A stretch of DNA of 63,273 nt, counting the filler, from Octopus bimaculoides (taxonomy: Eukaryota): assembly GCF_001194135.2 (NCBI RefSeq). It is 8 parts of 8 records of this genome, joined end to end, with 100 filler letters (N's around TTAATTAATTAA, not from the genome) between each part and the next. Parts side by side here need not be neighbours in the genome. Positions count along the whole stretch, not along the records: positions 61,735 to 63,273 come from NC_068994.1; 7 more parts are not named here. One strand, 5' to 3'. This document shows, one piece after another, positions 63,269-63,273 of the stretch; position 1 is the stretch's first letter; the number at the start of each line of letters is the position of its first letter. A program made the translations under genes and the position numbers. The notes under the pieces were generated by a model, which saw nothing but the letters and a program-made list of their open reading frames with translations, was not told the origin of the DNA and did not search any database.

Positions 63269-63273
63269 TATAT

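Overview
AT-rich, microsatellite-dense eukaryotic DNA with many assembly gaps. The SINE and LINE families point to a cephalopod, most likely Octopus (inference from repeat content, not proven). I found no intact host gene. The window is mostly transposon debris: Penelope-like elements (PLEs; RT plus GIY-YIG) whose terminal repeats carry minimal hammerhead ribozyme motifs, R4/Dong-type RLE LINEs sitting in (TAA)n tracts, Tx1/L1-type and RTE LINE fragments, a Tigger/pogo relic, several tRNA-derived SINE families and several MITEs or foldbacks. A badly decayed, intronless class-A GPCR pseudogene candidate lies at about 54.4-55.2 kb. The most notable observations are (i) a PLE hammerhead with a non-canonical CUG-U-N-GA core in three copies, (ii) a ~540-bp non-coding element that inserts only into (TAA)n, (iii) a SINE flanked by a ~108-bp direct repeat and (iv) young TIR elements with clear TSDs. 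The TTAATTAATTAA islands inside N-runs are assembly linkers. TE boundaries are approximate unless stated as exact.
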